From positions 149,811 through 213,810 of the forward strand of contig SVRS01000001.1 of assembly GCA_015064695.1 (NCBI GenBank): 64,000 nt of DNA. The letters are read 5' to 3'. Position numbers and translations under genes: made by a program. The stretch is from Oscillospiraceae bacterium. Lineage in GTDB: Bacteria; Bacillota; Clostridia; Oscillospirales; CAG-272. Shown here one piece after another: positions 18,995-28,664 of the stretch (position 1 is the stretch's first letter; each line of letters starts with the position of its first letter). The notes under the pieces are model-generated. The model was not told the DNA's origin. It saw only the letters and a program-made list of their open reading frames with translations, and searched no databases.

Positions 18995-19861
18995 TCAGGG
19001 CTTGATTTTAGGTTGGTAGCGGATCTCGCCCACCGAGTAGACCGTCACGAAGGCCTTGGGATCCACACGACGGACAAATTCCATCAGCTTACGGTATTCG
19101 TGCTTGTCCACAATGGTGATGACCTCCTTGCGGGGGGTATTATCGTAGGCACCGATGATCTCGTTGAGGGTGGCGCCGCTATGCAGGTCGTGGAGGATGA
19201 ATTGGACGATCTCATCCAGCTTGGGGGAGATCACGCAGACCCTGCGCTTGATATTGAGACCGAAGATGAAATGATCCACGACGATACCCCCGAAGTAGGT
19301 ACCCAGCACACTCAGCACGACGGTTTTGGTATCGTAGCAGAGGGCGGAGGTCAGCGCTACGGCGATACCGGCTAACGCGCCGGCACGTCCCAGCTCGATC
19401 TTGAAGAACTTGTTGAGGATCTTGGCTACGATGTCCAGGCCTCCCGAGGATGCGTTACGGGAGAAAAGGATGGCCATGGCCATGCCCACGATCAGAATGT
19501 AGCAGATCAGATCCAGAAGGGGATCCTGGGTGAGGGATTGGAAGTTGGGGAACAGCCATTCGAATACACCCATGAAGATGGGGAGCATGATGGAGGTATA
19601 AACGGTTTTGGCACCGAAGGCGGGGCCGATCAAAATGAACCCGATGGTCAAGAGGATCACGTTGAGGGCCAAGGACAGCACCGACACGGGCAGGGGGATG
19701 TAATTGCTCGCCACCATGGCCAGCGCCGAGCCGCTTCCCACGGCGATGTGGCTTGGGAGCATGAAGAAATAGATCGCCACGGCTGCCAGTAACGCGCCGA
19801 AATTGATGATGAGAAACTCTTTCAGATAGAAGAGGAACTGTTTCCTGTTCAGCTTTTTCAT
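18995..19861 (-). CDS. YitT-family membrane protein
   Basis: SSGGLDIVA, GATLNEIIGAY, DPKAFV C-terminal DUF2179-like motifs. Confidence 0.88.
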   Translation of the reverse strand: MKKLNRKQFLFYLKEFLIINFGALLAAVAIYFFMLPSHIAVGSGSALAMVASNYIPLPVSVLSLALNVILLTIGFILIGPAFGAKTVYTSIMLPIFMGVFEWLFPNFQSLTQDPLLDLICYILIVGMAMAILFSRNASSGGLDIVAKILNKFFKIELGRAGALAGIAVALTSALCYDTKTVVLSVLGTYFGGIVVDHFIFGLNIKRRVCVISPKLDEIVQFILHDLHSGATLNEIIGAYDNTPRKEVITIVDKHEYRKLMEFVRRVDPKAFVTVYSVGEIRYQPKIKP

Positions 19862-19927
19862 TCCATATCCTTTCCTTGGGGAGAGCCCCAAAAAGGAGGG
19901 CTATACCCTCCTTTTTTTGGCGTACTA

Positions 19928-20326
19928 TTATTTTCCTGCGCGAATGCCCGGACCGATGGCGATGGGGTGGTCGGTTTGAGGATCAATCACCACACCCAGG
20001 GGAGTCAGGGCGGGATGGCTATCAAGGGAATCCAGGAGTGTACGCAGATCCCCTTCGATAATGAGGAATCCTTGCCGCCCGATGGAGGCGAGGAAACGGT
20101 TGCATTCGGCCTTGGACGTAAAGGCGGGATAGTGCTGCAGATCGTTTTCGCGGTTGGATAGCACCCATAGCCGGGTGCGTCCTGCCCGATCCTCCCCGAA
20201 GGGAGTGGAGTAGCAGACCGTAGCCTCTGCATTCAGATTCACGAATTCCTGCGGAGAGATCTCACCGGCCTCGTAGGCCTCTGTCGAGAGGAAGCGGCTT
20301 TTTTTCTTGAACAACTTACCGAACAT
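19928..20326 (-). CDS. SseB-family-like hypothetical protein
   Basis: YPAFTS...GVVIDP pattern; GGAGG RBS. Confidence 0.5.
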   Translation of the reverse strand: MFGKLFKKKSRFLSTEAYEAGEISPQEFVNLNAEATVCYSTPFGEDRAGRTRLWVLSNRENDLQHYPAFTSKAECNRFLASIGRQGFLIIEGDLRTLLDSLDSHPALTPLGVVIDPQTDHPIAIGPGIRAGK

Positions 20327-20359
20327 GGCTGCCTCCGTAGATGTTTTGGAGGGGGAGAA

Positions 20360-21802
20360 TCAATACTGACGGCCCCAAACAACCAAATGCTTGGCGGGCT
20401 TACCGCAGCAGGCGCAGACGTCGGAGGGCTTCTCATGCTCACCGAAGGGGATGCAGCGGGACTTCACGCCGCCGGTCTCGTCCTTGATCTGCTCCTCGCA
20501 GGCGGATTCCCCGCACCACATAGCCTTAATGTAGCCGGGCTTGTTGGCGGCGATATCCAGGAACTCCTCGTGGTTGTGGGCAATATGGGTCTTTTCGGCC
20601 AGGTTCTTTTCGCAACGGGCTACCAGCTCGTTGTGTACCTGGTCCAGCATAGCCGCAACCTCGGCCTCGATGTTGTCCAGGGAGACGAAGCTCTTCTCGC
20701 GGGTCACGCGGCTGACCAGGACGCAGGAGTTGTTGGCGATATCGCGGGGACCGATCTCCAGGCGCACGGGCACACCCTTCATCTCGTACTGGCTGAACTT
20801 CCAGCCGGCGGAGTTGTCACTGTCGTCCAGCTTGACACGGATGCCGGCAGCGGCCAGACGGTTCTTCAGGGCATTGGCATTCTCCAGGACACCCTCCTTA
20901 TGCTGGGCGGCGGGGATGATGACCACCTGGATGGGGGCGATGCGGGGAGGCAGGATCAGACCGCTGTCGTCACCGTGGGCCATGATGATGGCGCCGATCA
21001 TACGGGTGGACACGCCCCAGGAGGTCTGATGGGGGTGCTTGACGGTATTGTCGCGGTCGGTGAAGGTGATGTCAAAGGCCTCGGCAAAGCCGGTGCCGAA
21101 GTAGTGGGAGGTACCGCCCTGGAGCGCCACGCCGTTGTGCATCATGGGCTCGATGGTGTAGGTCTCCACAGCGCCTGCGAACTTCTCCTTCTCGGTCTTC
21201 TGACCCGTGATGGCGGGGATGGCGAGAGAATCGCGGTAGAAGTCCTCGTAGACCTTCAGCATCTGGATGGTCTCGGCGCGTGCCTCCTCCTCAGTGGCGT
21301 GCATGGTGTGACCCTCCTGCCAGAGAAACTCGGAGGTACGGAGGAAGGGGCGGGTGGTCTTTTCCCAGCGGACTACGTTACACCACTGATTATAGAGCTT
21401 GGGCAGGTCGCGGTAGGAGTGGATGATGTCCTTGTAATGCTCACAGAACAGGGTCTCGGAGGTGGGACGGACGATGAGGCGCTCGGAGAGGGTATTCTGA
21501 CCGCCGATGGTGACAATGGCGCACTCGGGTGCGAAGCCCTCTACGTGATCCTTTTCCTTCTGGAGCAGGCTCTCGGGGATGAACATGGGCATACAGACGT
21601 TCTCGTGACCCAGGGCCTTGAAGCGGGCGTCCAGATCCTTCTGGATGTTTTCCCAGATGGCGTAGCCGTAGGGGCGGATGACCATGCATCCCTTTACGCC
21701 GGAGTAATCGGCCAGCTCGGCCTTCTTGACCACGTCGGTGTACCACTGGGTAAAGTCCACGTCCATGGAGGTGATTTGTTCGACAAGCTTATCCTTTGCC
21801 AT
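20360..21802 (-). CDS. proS: Proline--tRNA ligase (archaeal/eukaryote-like type)
   Basis: [42 protein letters not shown]-terminal Zn domain ending in GRQY. Confidence 0.97.
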   Translation of the reverse strand: MAKDKLVEQITSMDVDFTQWYTDVVKKAELADYSGVKGCMVIRPYGYAIWENIQKDLDARFKALGHENVCMPMFIPESLLQKEKDHVEGFAPECAIVTIGGQNTLSERLIVRPTSETLFCEHYKDIIHSYRDLPKLYNQWCNVVRWEKTTRPFLRTSEFLWQEGHTMHATEEEARAETIQMLKVYEDFYRDSLAIPAITGQKTEKEKFAGAVETYTIEPMMHNGVALQGGTSHYFGTGFAEAFDITFTDRDNTVKHPHQTSWGVSTRMIGAIIMAHGDDSGLILPPRIAPIQVVIIPAAQHKEGVLENANALKNRLAAAGIRVKLDDSDNSAGWKFSQYEMKGVPVRLEIGPRDIANNSCVLVSRVTREKSFVSLDNIEAEVAAMLDQVHNELVARCEKNLAEKTHIAHNHEEFLDIAANKPGYIKAMWCGESACEEQIKDETGGVKSRCIPFGEHEKPSDVCACCGKPAKHLVVWGRQY

Positions 21803-21846
21803 ATTGTAAAACCTTCTTTCTCGGTAATAGAATCAATAGATATTTT

Positions 21847-21875
21847 ATTATAACTCATGATGAGAAATTTGTCAA
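21847..21875 (-). promoter_or_regulatory. sigmaA promoter of proS
   Basis: TTGACA-N17-TATAAT about 45 bp upstream of the start. Confidence 0.85.
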
Positions 21876-21949
21876 GGGGGTAAAGGATTTTTCGCAAGGG
21901 GATATCTGATACGAATTATCAATAAAGCCCTTGAAACGTCTATAAACAC

Positions 21950-21975
21950 GCAGGGGCGCTCTTTGAACGCCCCCA
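21950..21975. repeat. REP-like palindrome (second copy 43061-43087)
   Basis: GCAGGGGCG(C/T)TCTTTGAACGCCCC at both sites. Confidence 0.6.
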
Positions 21976-21999
21976 CGTGTTTTGGGTTCAATGCTTTAA

Positions 22000-22150
22000 G
22001 GGAACCTCTAAAAATTCTTCGCAGAGGATAAGCTCTGCGCGCGATTTTTTGTTTAGCGCCGCAGGGCGGGCTGACGAAAAATCTTCTCGCCGCCGAGCTC
22101 ACTCGGCTCTCGCCGCACGCAGAATATTTAGAGGTCCCCCAGAGGCTCCC
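22000..22150. mobile_element. MITE (non-autonomous) with 4-bp TTAA target duplication
   Basis: Left end GGGAACCTCTAAAAATTC, right end GAATATTTAGAGGTCCC plus a duplicated AGAGGCTCCC; TTAA on both flanks; 35 bp identical to the 52492-52683 copy. Confidence 0.8.
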
Positions 22151-22400
22151 TTAAATGTGAATTCGTATAAGGCTTGCTTGAAGTATACATATTCGGCATA
22201 CAAAGAGTCCTCTGGCAAGATCGGGTGAGGCGCTTTTGGCGGGATGGTTTTTCAGCGGCGTTCTTCGGGGGTGCCTGCAAAAAAAGGCCGCCCCGAACGT
22301 ATCGATCGGGGGGCCTTTTTGGGAGAGTGCTGCACCGCGGAATTCGCGGCTCACGCCCTTTCTGCTCGTGTGCCGTACGGCGAGAATCGTGCTTGTGGCC

Positions 22401-23168
22401 TTAATTTTTGAAGCCGTACTGGTGGAACAGGCTGAAGGGGAGCAGGGAAAGGGCTTCCGTCGGTGTGTTGACGACTTCTGCACCGTCTACGTGGCTGTAC
22501 AGGATGGTGAACTCGTACGAGGGGGCCCCATCGTTGAAGTGCTCGATCATGGATTCCGCGCGACGGAGAATACTAAAATTGGTGCTGCGATTTCGGATCA
22601 GAACGAACTCCTTGTCCTTGACGGTGTACCGGAAGCTTGTGGAATAATCCTCTGTGACCGGCTGGTAGGCGGGATCGGGCAGACCCGTTTCACGATCAAT
22701 GCGGAACTGGTAGGAGGTGCATTGCATCTGCACAAATAAGGTTTCCACCCCGTCGGGACGGTCGATGTAGACGTTTTCCTGCATGAGCAGAATGCCATAG
22801 CTGTATTTATTTCGAAAGGCAACGACTTGGAAGTTGAACTGTCCTTGGAGTCGGAGCGGCTTTCGGAGGATGGAGACCAGCTCGGTGGCATCCGAAGCTT
22901 GCGGCAAAACGAAAAGCTCAAGAAAATGGGGGGCTTCGGCGTTCACGTCGGGGAGGGAGACGTAGCTTGTCGTATCGCTTTTGCTGATTAAGGGGAACTG
23001 GAAAAAAAGGGGGGATTCGGACGTGCCCTCGGTTTCGGAAGGCATATCTGCTGCAGGGGGCGGGCTTGTGGAATCGAAGGGCTGTGGAGTGGGGGTGGCA
23101 TGGCCGCAGGCGGTGGCCATACACAGAGCAGCCAGGCAAGACAGCGCTGCACGGAATGCTTTTTTCAT
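22401..23168 (-). CDS. Hypothetical lipoprotein, last gene of ECF cassette 2
   Basis: Start MKKAFRAA, lipobox ATAC, Pro/Ser/Thr linker. Confidence 0.7.
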   Translation of the reverse strand: MKKAFRAALSCLAALCMATACGHATPTPQPFDSTSPPPAADMPSETEGTSESPLFFQFPLISKSDTTSYVSLPDVNAEAPHFLELFVLPQASDATELVSILRKPLRLQGQFNFQVVAFRNKYSYGILLMQENVYIDRPDGVETLFVQMQCTSYQFRIDRETGLPDPAYQPVTEDYSTSFRYTVKDKEFVLIRNRSTNFSILRRAESMIEHFNDGAPSYEFTILYSHVDGAEVVNTPTEALSLLPFSLFHQYGFKN

Positions 23169-23212
23169 GGTAGGTAGGCTCCTTCTGTGTGAATGGTAGA
23201 GAATCAAACGGA

Positions 23213-25159
23213 TTATTCAAGGGATTCGACCAGGTCTCCGTCGGTGCAGGATACGGTGAAATCGGAATGGGGCTGCTCCAGACTGCCGAAGCCAACTCCC
23301 AAGGTCAGAGCCTTCCATTGCGCCTGGGTTCCGCCGTAATCGACGTGGTTGACCGAGACGCACCCTGCAAAGAGGCCGTACCGAACCGACGTCAAGGACA
23401 CGGGGATGGAAATGCTTTTCAGACCGGTACAATTCTCAAACAGATTATTTCCCAGGGACTCCAGGTGGGAGGGGAAGGAGACGGATTTCAGGGCGGTGCA
23501 GTTCTGGAACGCGTAGGAGTCGATCTCGGTCAGCGAGTCGGGGAAGGAGACGCTTTGCAGCTGTGAGCATCCCGAGAAGGCGCACATACCAATCTTGGTG
23601 ATGGGATCGGGAATGGTGATGCTTTGCATCCGGCGACCGCGGAATGCGGAGTCACCGATCTCGGTGACGGAGCCGTCGGAGGGAATGACAGCGTTGCATC
23701 CGCCCAGGACCAGGATCTTCTTGTCCTTTTGGATGATGCAGTTGTTCACTGCGGTGTACACGGGATTGTTCTCGTCTACGGTGAGCGTTGTCAAGGAGGG
23801 GCAGCCCGAGAAGCCGACGCCCGACAGATTGGTGACGGAGGCGGGAATATGGATGGCGGTCAAGGACGTGCAGTTTTCAAAGGCGAGGTCGATGCTGGTG
23901 ATGGCATCGTGGAGGATAATCTCCTTGAGAGAGGTGCAATCCTTGAAGTGATTCACGCCGACCTCGGTTACAAGGGGCGGGTAGGTAAAGGAGGTGAGGG
24001 AGGAGCATTCCTGGAATACGAAGTTCCCCATGCGCGTAACGGTGTCCGGCAAGGTAATGGCGGTCAGAGAGGTGCATCCGCAGAAGACATGGTTACCCAC
24101 GTGGGTCAGCTGAGCGGGTAAGCGTAGGTCGGACAGCACGGGGCAGTATGCAAACAGGCCGTCGTTGAGTTTGGTGACACCGTCGGGCAGGGAGACCTTA
24201 CGCAACCGCTTGCAGTTTGTGAAAGCGCTATCGCCCAGGGTGACCACACTATCGGGAAGAACTACCTCCGTGAGACCGGGGCAGTAGCCAAAGGCCATGT
24301 CGCCGATCTCGGTCAAGCCCTCGGGGAGATGGATCTCGGTAAAGGAATTGCAGGCGGTGAAGGCCATGCTGCCGATTTTTTTCAAGCCTGACGGGAACCG
24401 GACGTTCTGGAGGTTCGTGCAATGATCAAAGGCGTTTTTTTCGATGGTATGCACGGTATCGGGAATGACGATCTCCCGGAGCGTACTGTCATACTCGAAC
24501 AGCTCGCCGGAAATCACAGTTACGGGTACCATTTTTTCGGTTCCCACGTCATAAACGAGATTGGGAAGAATGATTTTTTCACCCTCGGCACCGTCTCTGC
24601 GGGAGATGCGGGCGCCTACCGATCCGTCCTCCTCCCGTTGGGTACGGAAGATGAAGCGCATATCCGCTCCCTCAATCGTGCCGCAAACCGTGCAGTAGCC
24701 GTTTTCATGGGTATGGGGGAGGGGATCTATGCTTTCGGTGACATAATTTCCGCAGACCGGGCAGGTTGCATTGCGCAAGCCGTTCACGTAACAGGTGGGC
24801 TCCCGTTCGATGGTCCAGCTTTCCACGTGATGGCCGTCCTGGCAGGAAAGGGTGAGGCGTGTTTCGGATTCGGATTCGGTTTCGGGAGAGGATTGCGTTG
24901 CGTCATCCGTCGTGGTGCCGTCCGGCGGAGTGACGGGGGGATTTTGTCCTGCCCAAACAATGGCGCAGACAACGCTGACGGAGATCACGGCGCAGAGGAG
25001 TGCGACACCCCAGCCGCCGGTCAGAAAGCGGGCGAGGGGGGAGGACTTCCGGTGGAGATGGGGTTGGGAGGGCTTCATAAGGCTTAGCTTTTCGGCGGCC
25101 TCCAGAATGAGGTCGTCCTGCATATCGGTCAAGGCAAAAAAGGCTCGTTCTCCGTTCAT
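23213..25159 (-). CDS. Putative anti-sigma factor with extracellular BspA-type LRR domain (about 16 repeats)
   Basis: Cytoplasmic ALTDMQDDLILEAA, TM GWGVALLCAVISVSVVCAIVW, linker, His/Cys repeat, LRR_5 units, YGGTQAQW cap; 4-bp overlap with the sigma gene. Confidence 0.8.
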   Translation of the reverse strand: MNGERAFFALTDMQDDLILEAAEKLSLMKPSQPHLHRKSSPLARFLTGGWGVALLCAVISVSVVCAIVWAGQNPPVTPPDGTTTDDATQSSPETESESETRLTLSCQDGHHVESWTIEREPTCYVNGLRNATCPVCGNYVTESIDPLPHTHENGYCTVCGTIEGADMRFIFRTQREEDGSVGARISRRDGAEGEKIILPNLVYDVGTEKMVPVTVISGELFEYDSTLREIVIPDTVHTIEKNAFDHCTNLQNVRFPSGLKKIGSMAFTACNSFTEIHLPEGLTEIGDMAFGYCPGLTEVVLPDSVVTLGDSAFTNCKRLRKVSLPDGVTKLNDGLFAYCPVLSDLRLPAQLTHVGNHVFCGCTSLTAITLPDTVTRMGNFVFQECSSLTSFTYPPLVTEVGVNHFKDCTSLKEIILHDAITSIDLAFENCTSLTAIHIPASVTNLSGVGFSGCPSLTTLTVDENNPVYTAVNNCIIQKDKKILVLGGCNAVIPSDGSVTEIGDSAFRGRRMQSITIPDPITKIGMCAFSGCSQLQSVSFPDSLTEIDSYAFQNCTALKSVSFPSHLESLGNNLFENCTGLKSISIPVSLTSVRYGLFAGCVSVNHVDYGGTQAQWKALTLGVGFGSLEQPHSDFTVSCTDGDLVESLE

Positions 25160-25698
25160 ACGTGATACCCCCCTTCCGCTAAGTGGGCGCGCAGGCGCTC
25201 GCGCAGCTTAAAGAGCCGCTGATTGACGGCGTTCGGGGTCATATTCATGCGGGCGGCCAGATCCTTTACCGAGCAGGCGTACCAGTATCGGCCCATGAAC
25301 AGAAGGCGGTCCGTCTCTCCTTGGCGGGTGAGAAAGTCGGACAGCATGGCGGCCAGATCATCGCTTCGCTCGTCGGGCATGGGAATGCAGGACTCCAGCT
25401 CGTCGAAGGACAGGGTCAGATCCCGATCCCTACGGCGGCGGTGCAGATCCCGCAGGCGGTTCAGGGATAGGTTTCGAACGATGCGGCAAACGAAGGCTCC
25501 GAGGGATCGGGGCTTGGTGGGGGGGATGCTGTTCCAGGTTTTCAAGTACGTATCGTTGACGCATTCCTCGGCGTCGGGAGAACTGTTCAGGATGTTCATG
25601 GACACCTGCATACAGACTCCGCCGTACTTGTCGGCCGTCTCGCGGATGGCCTGCTCGTTACGGTCAAAGTACAGAGCAACAATGTCTTGATCGTTCAT
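25156..25698 (-). CDS. ECF RNA polymerase sigma factor (cassette 2)
   Basis: DAEECVNDTYLKTWNSIPP (region 2), LFMGRYWY...AVNQRLFKLRERLR (region 4); GGAGGT RBS before ATG 25698. Confidence 0.92.
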   Translation of the reverse strand: MNDQDIVALYFDRNEQAIRETADKYGGVCMQVSMNILNSSPDAEECVNDTYLKTWNSIPPTKPRSLGAFVCRIVRNLSLNRLRDLHRRRRDRDLTLSFDELESCIPMPDERSDDLAAMLSDFLTRQGETDRLLFMGRYWYACSVKDLAARMNMTPNAVNQRLFKLRERLRAHLAEGGYHV

Positions 25699-25724
25699 GG
25701 TTACCTCCATTTAATATGTGTCTG

Positions 25725-25760
25725 TACTTATTATGACACCGTTTCATGTACGATTATTAT
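25725..25760 (-). promoter_or_regulatory. Putative ECF autoregulatory promoter (cassette 2)
   Basis: GTGTCATAATAAGTA, 13/15 identical to the motif upstream of the other sigma gene. Confidence 0.5.
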
Positions 25761-25788
25761 GGTTTGTTTGAATATTTCGTAAAAATAA

Positions 25789-25820
25789 GGAAAAAACGCA
25801 CCGCCCCGAGGGGCGATGCG
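25789..25820 (-). terminator. Terminator separating the two ECF cassettes
   Basis: CGCATCGCCCC/GGGGCGGTGCG stem followed by TTTTTT on the minus strand. Confidence 0.75.
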
Positions 25821-25841
25821 GTGAGAACTGAAAAAGGAAGA

Positions 25842-27164
25842 TTATCGGGGGCGGGCGTTGACATGAACCGTAACGCTTTCGGGAATCTGCGCCTGCAGGG
25901 CGTTCCACTGGGTCTCGGTGCCCGCAAAGTAGATGTCGGTCAAGGCGGGACATTCGTCAAAAACACCGTTTTCCAGCGTCTCAAGGCCGGCGGGGAGATA
26001 GACCTCGGTCAGGGAGGTGCATCCGCGGAAGGCGCAGGACTGGATCTCCTGTACCTTATTGGGGATTGTGAGGGATGTCAGAGAGGCACAATTCTCAAAG
26101 GCGTACATCCGAACCGTGATCAGATTTTTGGGGAGGGTGAGGTCGATCAGGGAGGTGCAGCCTGCGAAGGTTGAGGGATGTATGGTAAAGACGTTGTCGG
26201 GCAGGACGACCTTGGTCAGCTTCGAACAGCCGTAAAAGGCGTCGGGCTGCAGCTCCAGGAGGCTGTTGGGCAGAGTTAACTCGGTCAAAGACGTGCAGAA
26301 GGCGAAGGCGGCGGTCTCAATGGTATCCACCGTCTCGGGCAGGGTGAGGGCGGTGAGCATCTCGTCTCTGAAAAAGGCCTGCTCGGTGATGAATTTGATC
26401 TCACGGCCGTCTACGTAGGCGGGGATATAGACTGCGGCGGCGGTGCATTCTCCACGACCCGTGACGGCGTAGTAATTTGCCCCCTCGGAGAACCCGAAGG
26501 CCAGATCGGTATGCCCGATGTAGGGAACGATTTGGGGCTCGACCAGGACCTTACTGCATACCGAGCATTGGATGCCGTTGGCAGAGCCGTTTTCGGTCAG
26601 GGTGGGGGCTACGGCGGGAATGGAGATTCCCTTGTGATCGGTTTTGGCGATGGATTTGGATTCGATTTTCCCGCAGGAGCAGGTACGCTCCTGCTTGCCG
26701 ATGCTACGGCAGGTGGCCTCCTTGAGAACGGTCCAATCTCCGAAGGTATGGACGTGGGAATCGGGATTTTCCCAGGGGATGATGATCTCTCCGGTTACCG
26801 CATCCACCCAAATATTCTCCACCGTGGAATAGTGGGAGCTTTCGGGAAGCTCAACCAGCCAGCGGAGGAATACGTTGTAGACGGATCGTCCGTCGGGAGC
26901 TTGGAGGATCCCTTGGGACTCAATGCGGTAGACGAAGCCGCTGTCGGGGTCTACGTCCCCGGTTTTGATGTTCCAGTGGGCCGAGGCGAGGTCCATGGCT
27001 TGGGATTCGGAGATGGTCTGCAAATCGGTATCGGCGGTACCGGAATTCTGAGGGAGGTCGGGGCCGCTTTCGGCGGGATCTTGTCCTCTGTCGCAGGCGG
27101 GAAGGATGCACAGGGCAACCGTCAAGAGCAGAGGAAGGGTGAGCTTACGTGGAATGAATTTCAT
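25842..27164 (-). CDS. Lipoprotein with PepSY-like domain, His/Cys repeat and about 7 BspA-type LRRs
   Basis: Lipobox LPAC; ISESQAMDLA...WVDAVTGEII; HVHTFGDW..TC..G..RTCSCG; LRR_5; YFAGTETQW cap. Confidence 0.8.
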   Translation of the reverse strand: MKFIPRKLTLPLLLTVALCILPACDRGQDPAESGPDLPQNSGTADTDLQTISESQAMDLASAHWNIKTGDVDPDSGFVYRIESQGILQAPDGRSVYNVFLRWLVELPESSHYSTVENIWVDAVTGEIIIPWENPDSHVHTFGDWTVLKEATCRSIGKQERTCSCGKIESKSIAKTDHKGISIPAVAPTLTENGSANGIQCSVCSKVLVEPQIVPYIGHTDLAFGFSEGANYYAVTGRGECTAAAVYIPAYVDGREIKFITEQAFFRDEMLTALTLPETVDTIETAAFAFCTSLTELTLPNSLLELQPDAFYGCSKLTKVVLPDNVFTIHPSTFAGCTSLIDLTLPKNLITVRMYAFENCASLTSLTIPNKVQEIQSCAFRGCTSLTEVYLPAGLETLENGVFDECPALTDIYFAGTETQWNALQAQIPESVTVHVNARPR

Positions 27165-27210
27165 GATTTTCTCCTTTTGAGATGCGGATGCTTATCGTGT
27201 GATCGGGCCG

Positions 27211-28629
27211 TTAACGGCCATAGGACCGGATGGCGTGCTCGTAGTGTACGGTGGCTTCCAGGAAAGGGGCGTTTGTTCCTTGGAGGTTGCCCACGGCTAT
27301 GGCGTTCCATTGCTCCTCGGTGCCGCTATAGTAGATGTCCGTCAGATTCACACAGCCTCCAAAGGCGTGGGATTCGATGCTCGTGACGTTCACGCCCAGG
27401 GAAATCGACGTCAGCGACGTGCAATTTTCAAAGGCGTAGGATTTGATCTCGGTCACCGTGGCGGGGATCGTGATCTCGGTCAGGGAGGAGCAACCCGCGA
27501 AGTCGAAGCTTCGAATGGAGGTAATAGGCGCTTGGATGGTCACAGACTGCAGGGCGGTCAGATTCTGGAAGCCGCTGAGGTCGGTGACCTTGCCATCCCG
27601 AATGATGACGTGCTTCACGGCAGTCACGTCGCTGCCGAAAAGGAAATCGAGGCTGAAATGTGTGGGCATGGTAACGGTGGCCAGGCGGGAGCAGCCCTGG
27701 AACACGAGCAGACCATATTCCTCCAGGGACTCCGGCAGCTCCAGGGAGGTGAGGCCGATGCAATCCACGAAGGCATGGTTCCCCAGGGTCTTCAATCCTT
27801 CGGGAAGGGTGATAGAGGAAAGCATCTTGCAGCCTCGGAAGGCGCTTGAATCGATGCAGGTCACACCGTCGGGGATGCGGATGGACTCCAGCGACTTGCA
27901 GAGGATAAACGCATCGTGCTCGATGACGGTTACGCCTGCGGGAATGACAAGCTCGGTAAGCTTTCCGCAGTTACTGAAGGTAGAGGAGGGAATGACCGTC
28001 AAGCCTTCGGGGAGGGTGCAGGAGGCAAGGCTCGTACAACCTGCGAAGACACCGTAGCCAAAGTCGGTCACGCTGTTCGGAACGGCTATGGAGGTCAGGG
28101 AAAAGCAGCCGGTGAAGGCCCAGTCACCCAGCTTTTTCAGCCCGCTTGGAAGGGTGACGTCGCTCAGCAGTGGGCAATTGGCGAAGGCCCAGTCCTCGAT
28201 GGACGTCAAGCCGGCGGGTAATTCCACCCGTGTCAGATCGGAGCATTCCGAGAAGGCGTTCTCTCCAATGGCGGTCACGGGGGCGCCGTTATAGGTGGAG
28301 GGAATCACGATCTCGGTGTTGGTACAGCCTTTGATGCCCGATACCGCGTAGCTTCCATCGCTTTGCTTGGAGAATACCAGCCCCTCGAAGGCGTTCCCCG
28401 GTTCGGTTTCCGATTCTGCTTCGGTAACCGCATCCGTAACCGTATCCGTATCCGAATTCGTATCCGCATCCGTATCCGTGTCGCTATCCCTGTCCGCGGT
28501 TGTGGCCGCGGAGGGAGGTTGGTCGGTGGTTTGATGATTTTCACCCTCGGGCGCTATGGCGCAGGCGGTCATGCCTACGGCCAGCAGGATGACCGAGAGG
28601 GCAATGGAGATTCCGGTGGTTGATTTCAT
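27211..28629 (-). CDS. BspA-type LRR lipoprotein (about 13-14 repeats)
   Basis: Start MKSTTGIS with AAAGGA RBS; lipobox MTAC; LRR_5 repeats; YYSGTEEQW cap. Confidence 0.85.
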   Translation of the reverse strand: MKSTTGISIALSVILLAVGMTACAIAPEGENHQTTDQPPSAATTADRDSDTDTDADTNSDTDTVTDAVTEAESETEPGNAFEGLVFSKQSDGSYAVSGIKGCTNTEIVIPSTYNGAPVTAIGENAFSECSDLTRVELPAGLTSIEDWAFANCPLLSDVTLPSGLKKLGDWAFTGCFSLTSIAVPNSVTDFGYGVFAGCTSLASCTLPEGLTVIPSSTFSNCGKLTELVIPAGVTVIEHDAFILCKSLESIRIPDGVTCIDSSAFRGCKMLSSITLPEGLKTLGNHAFVDCIGLTSLELPESLEEYGLLVFQGCSRLATVTMPTHFSLDFLFGSDVTAVKHVIIRDGKVTDLSGFQNLTALQSVTIQAPITSIRSFDFAGCSSLTEITIPATVTEIKSYAFENCTSLTSISLGVNVTSIESHAFGGCVNLTDIYYSGTEEQWNAIAVGNLQGTNAPFLEATVHYEHAIRSYGR

Positions 28630-28664
28630 AGGCGTATCCTTTCTGATTGCGGGGAGGCGGAGGA

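Noticed and set aside
21803-21875. T-box riboswitch upstream of proS
   Set aside because: A consensus promoter lies about 45 bp from the start, leaving no room, and no T-box motif is present.
22151-22400. Short ORFs and hairpins between the MITE and the 22401 lipoprotein
   Set aside because: No RBS-backed ORF or recognisable RNA family; probably degraded repeat sequence.
28425-28490. Hexamer tandem repeats (CGTATC)n, also near 8900-8945 and 12890-12945, as phase-variation tracts
   Set aside because: In-frame, degenerate repeats encoding D/T/E linkers; slippage would not shift the frame.
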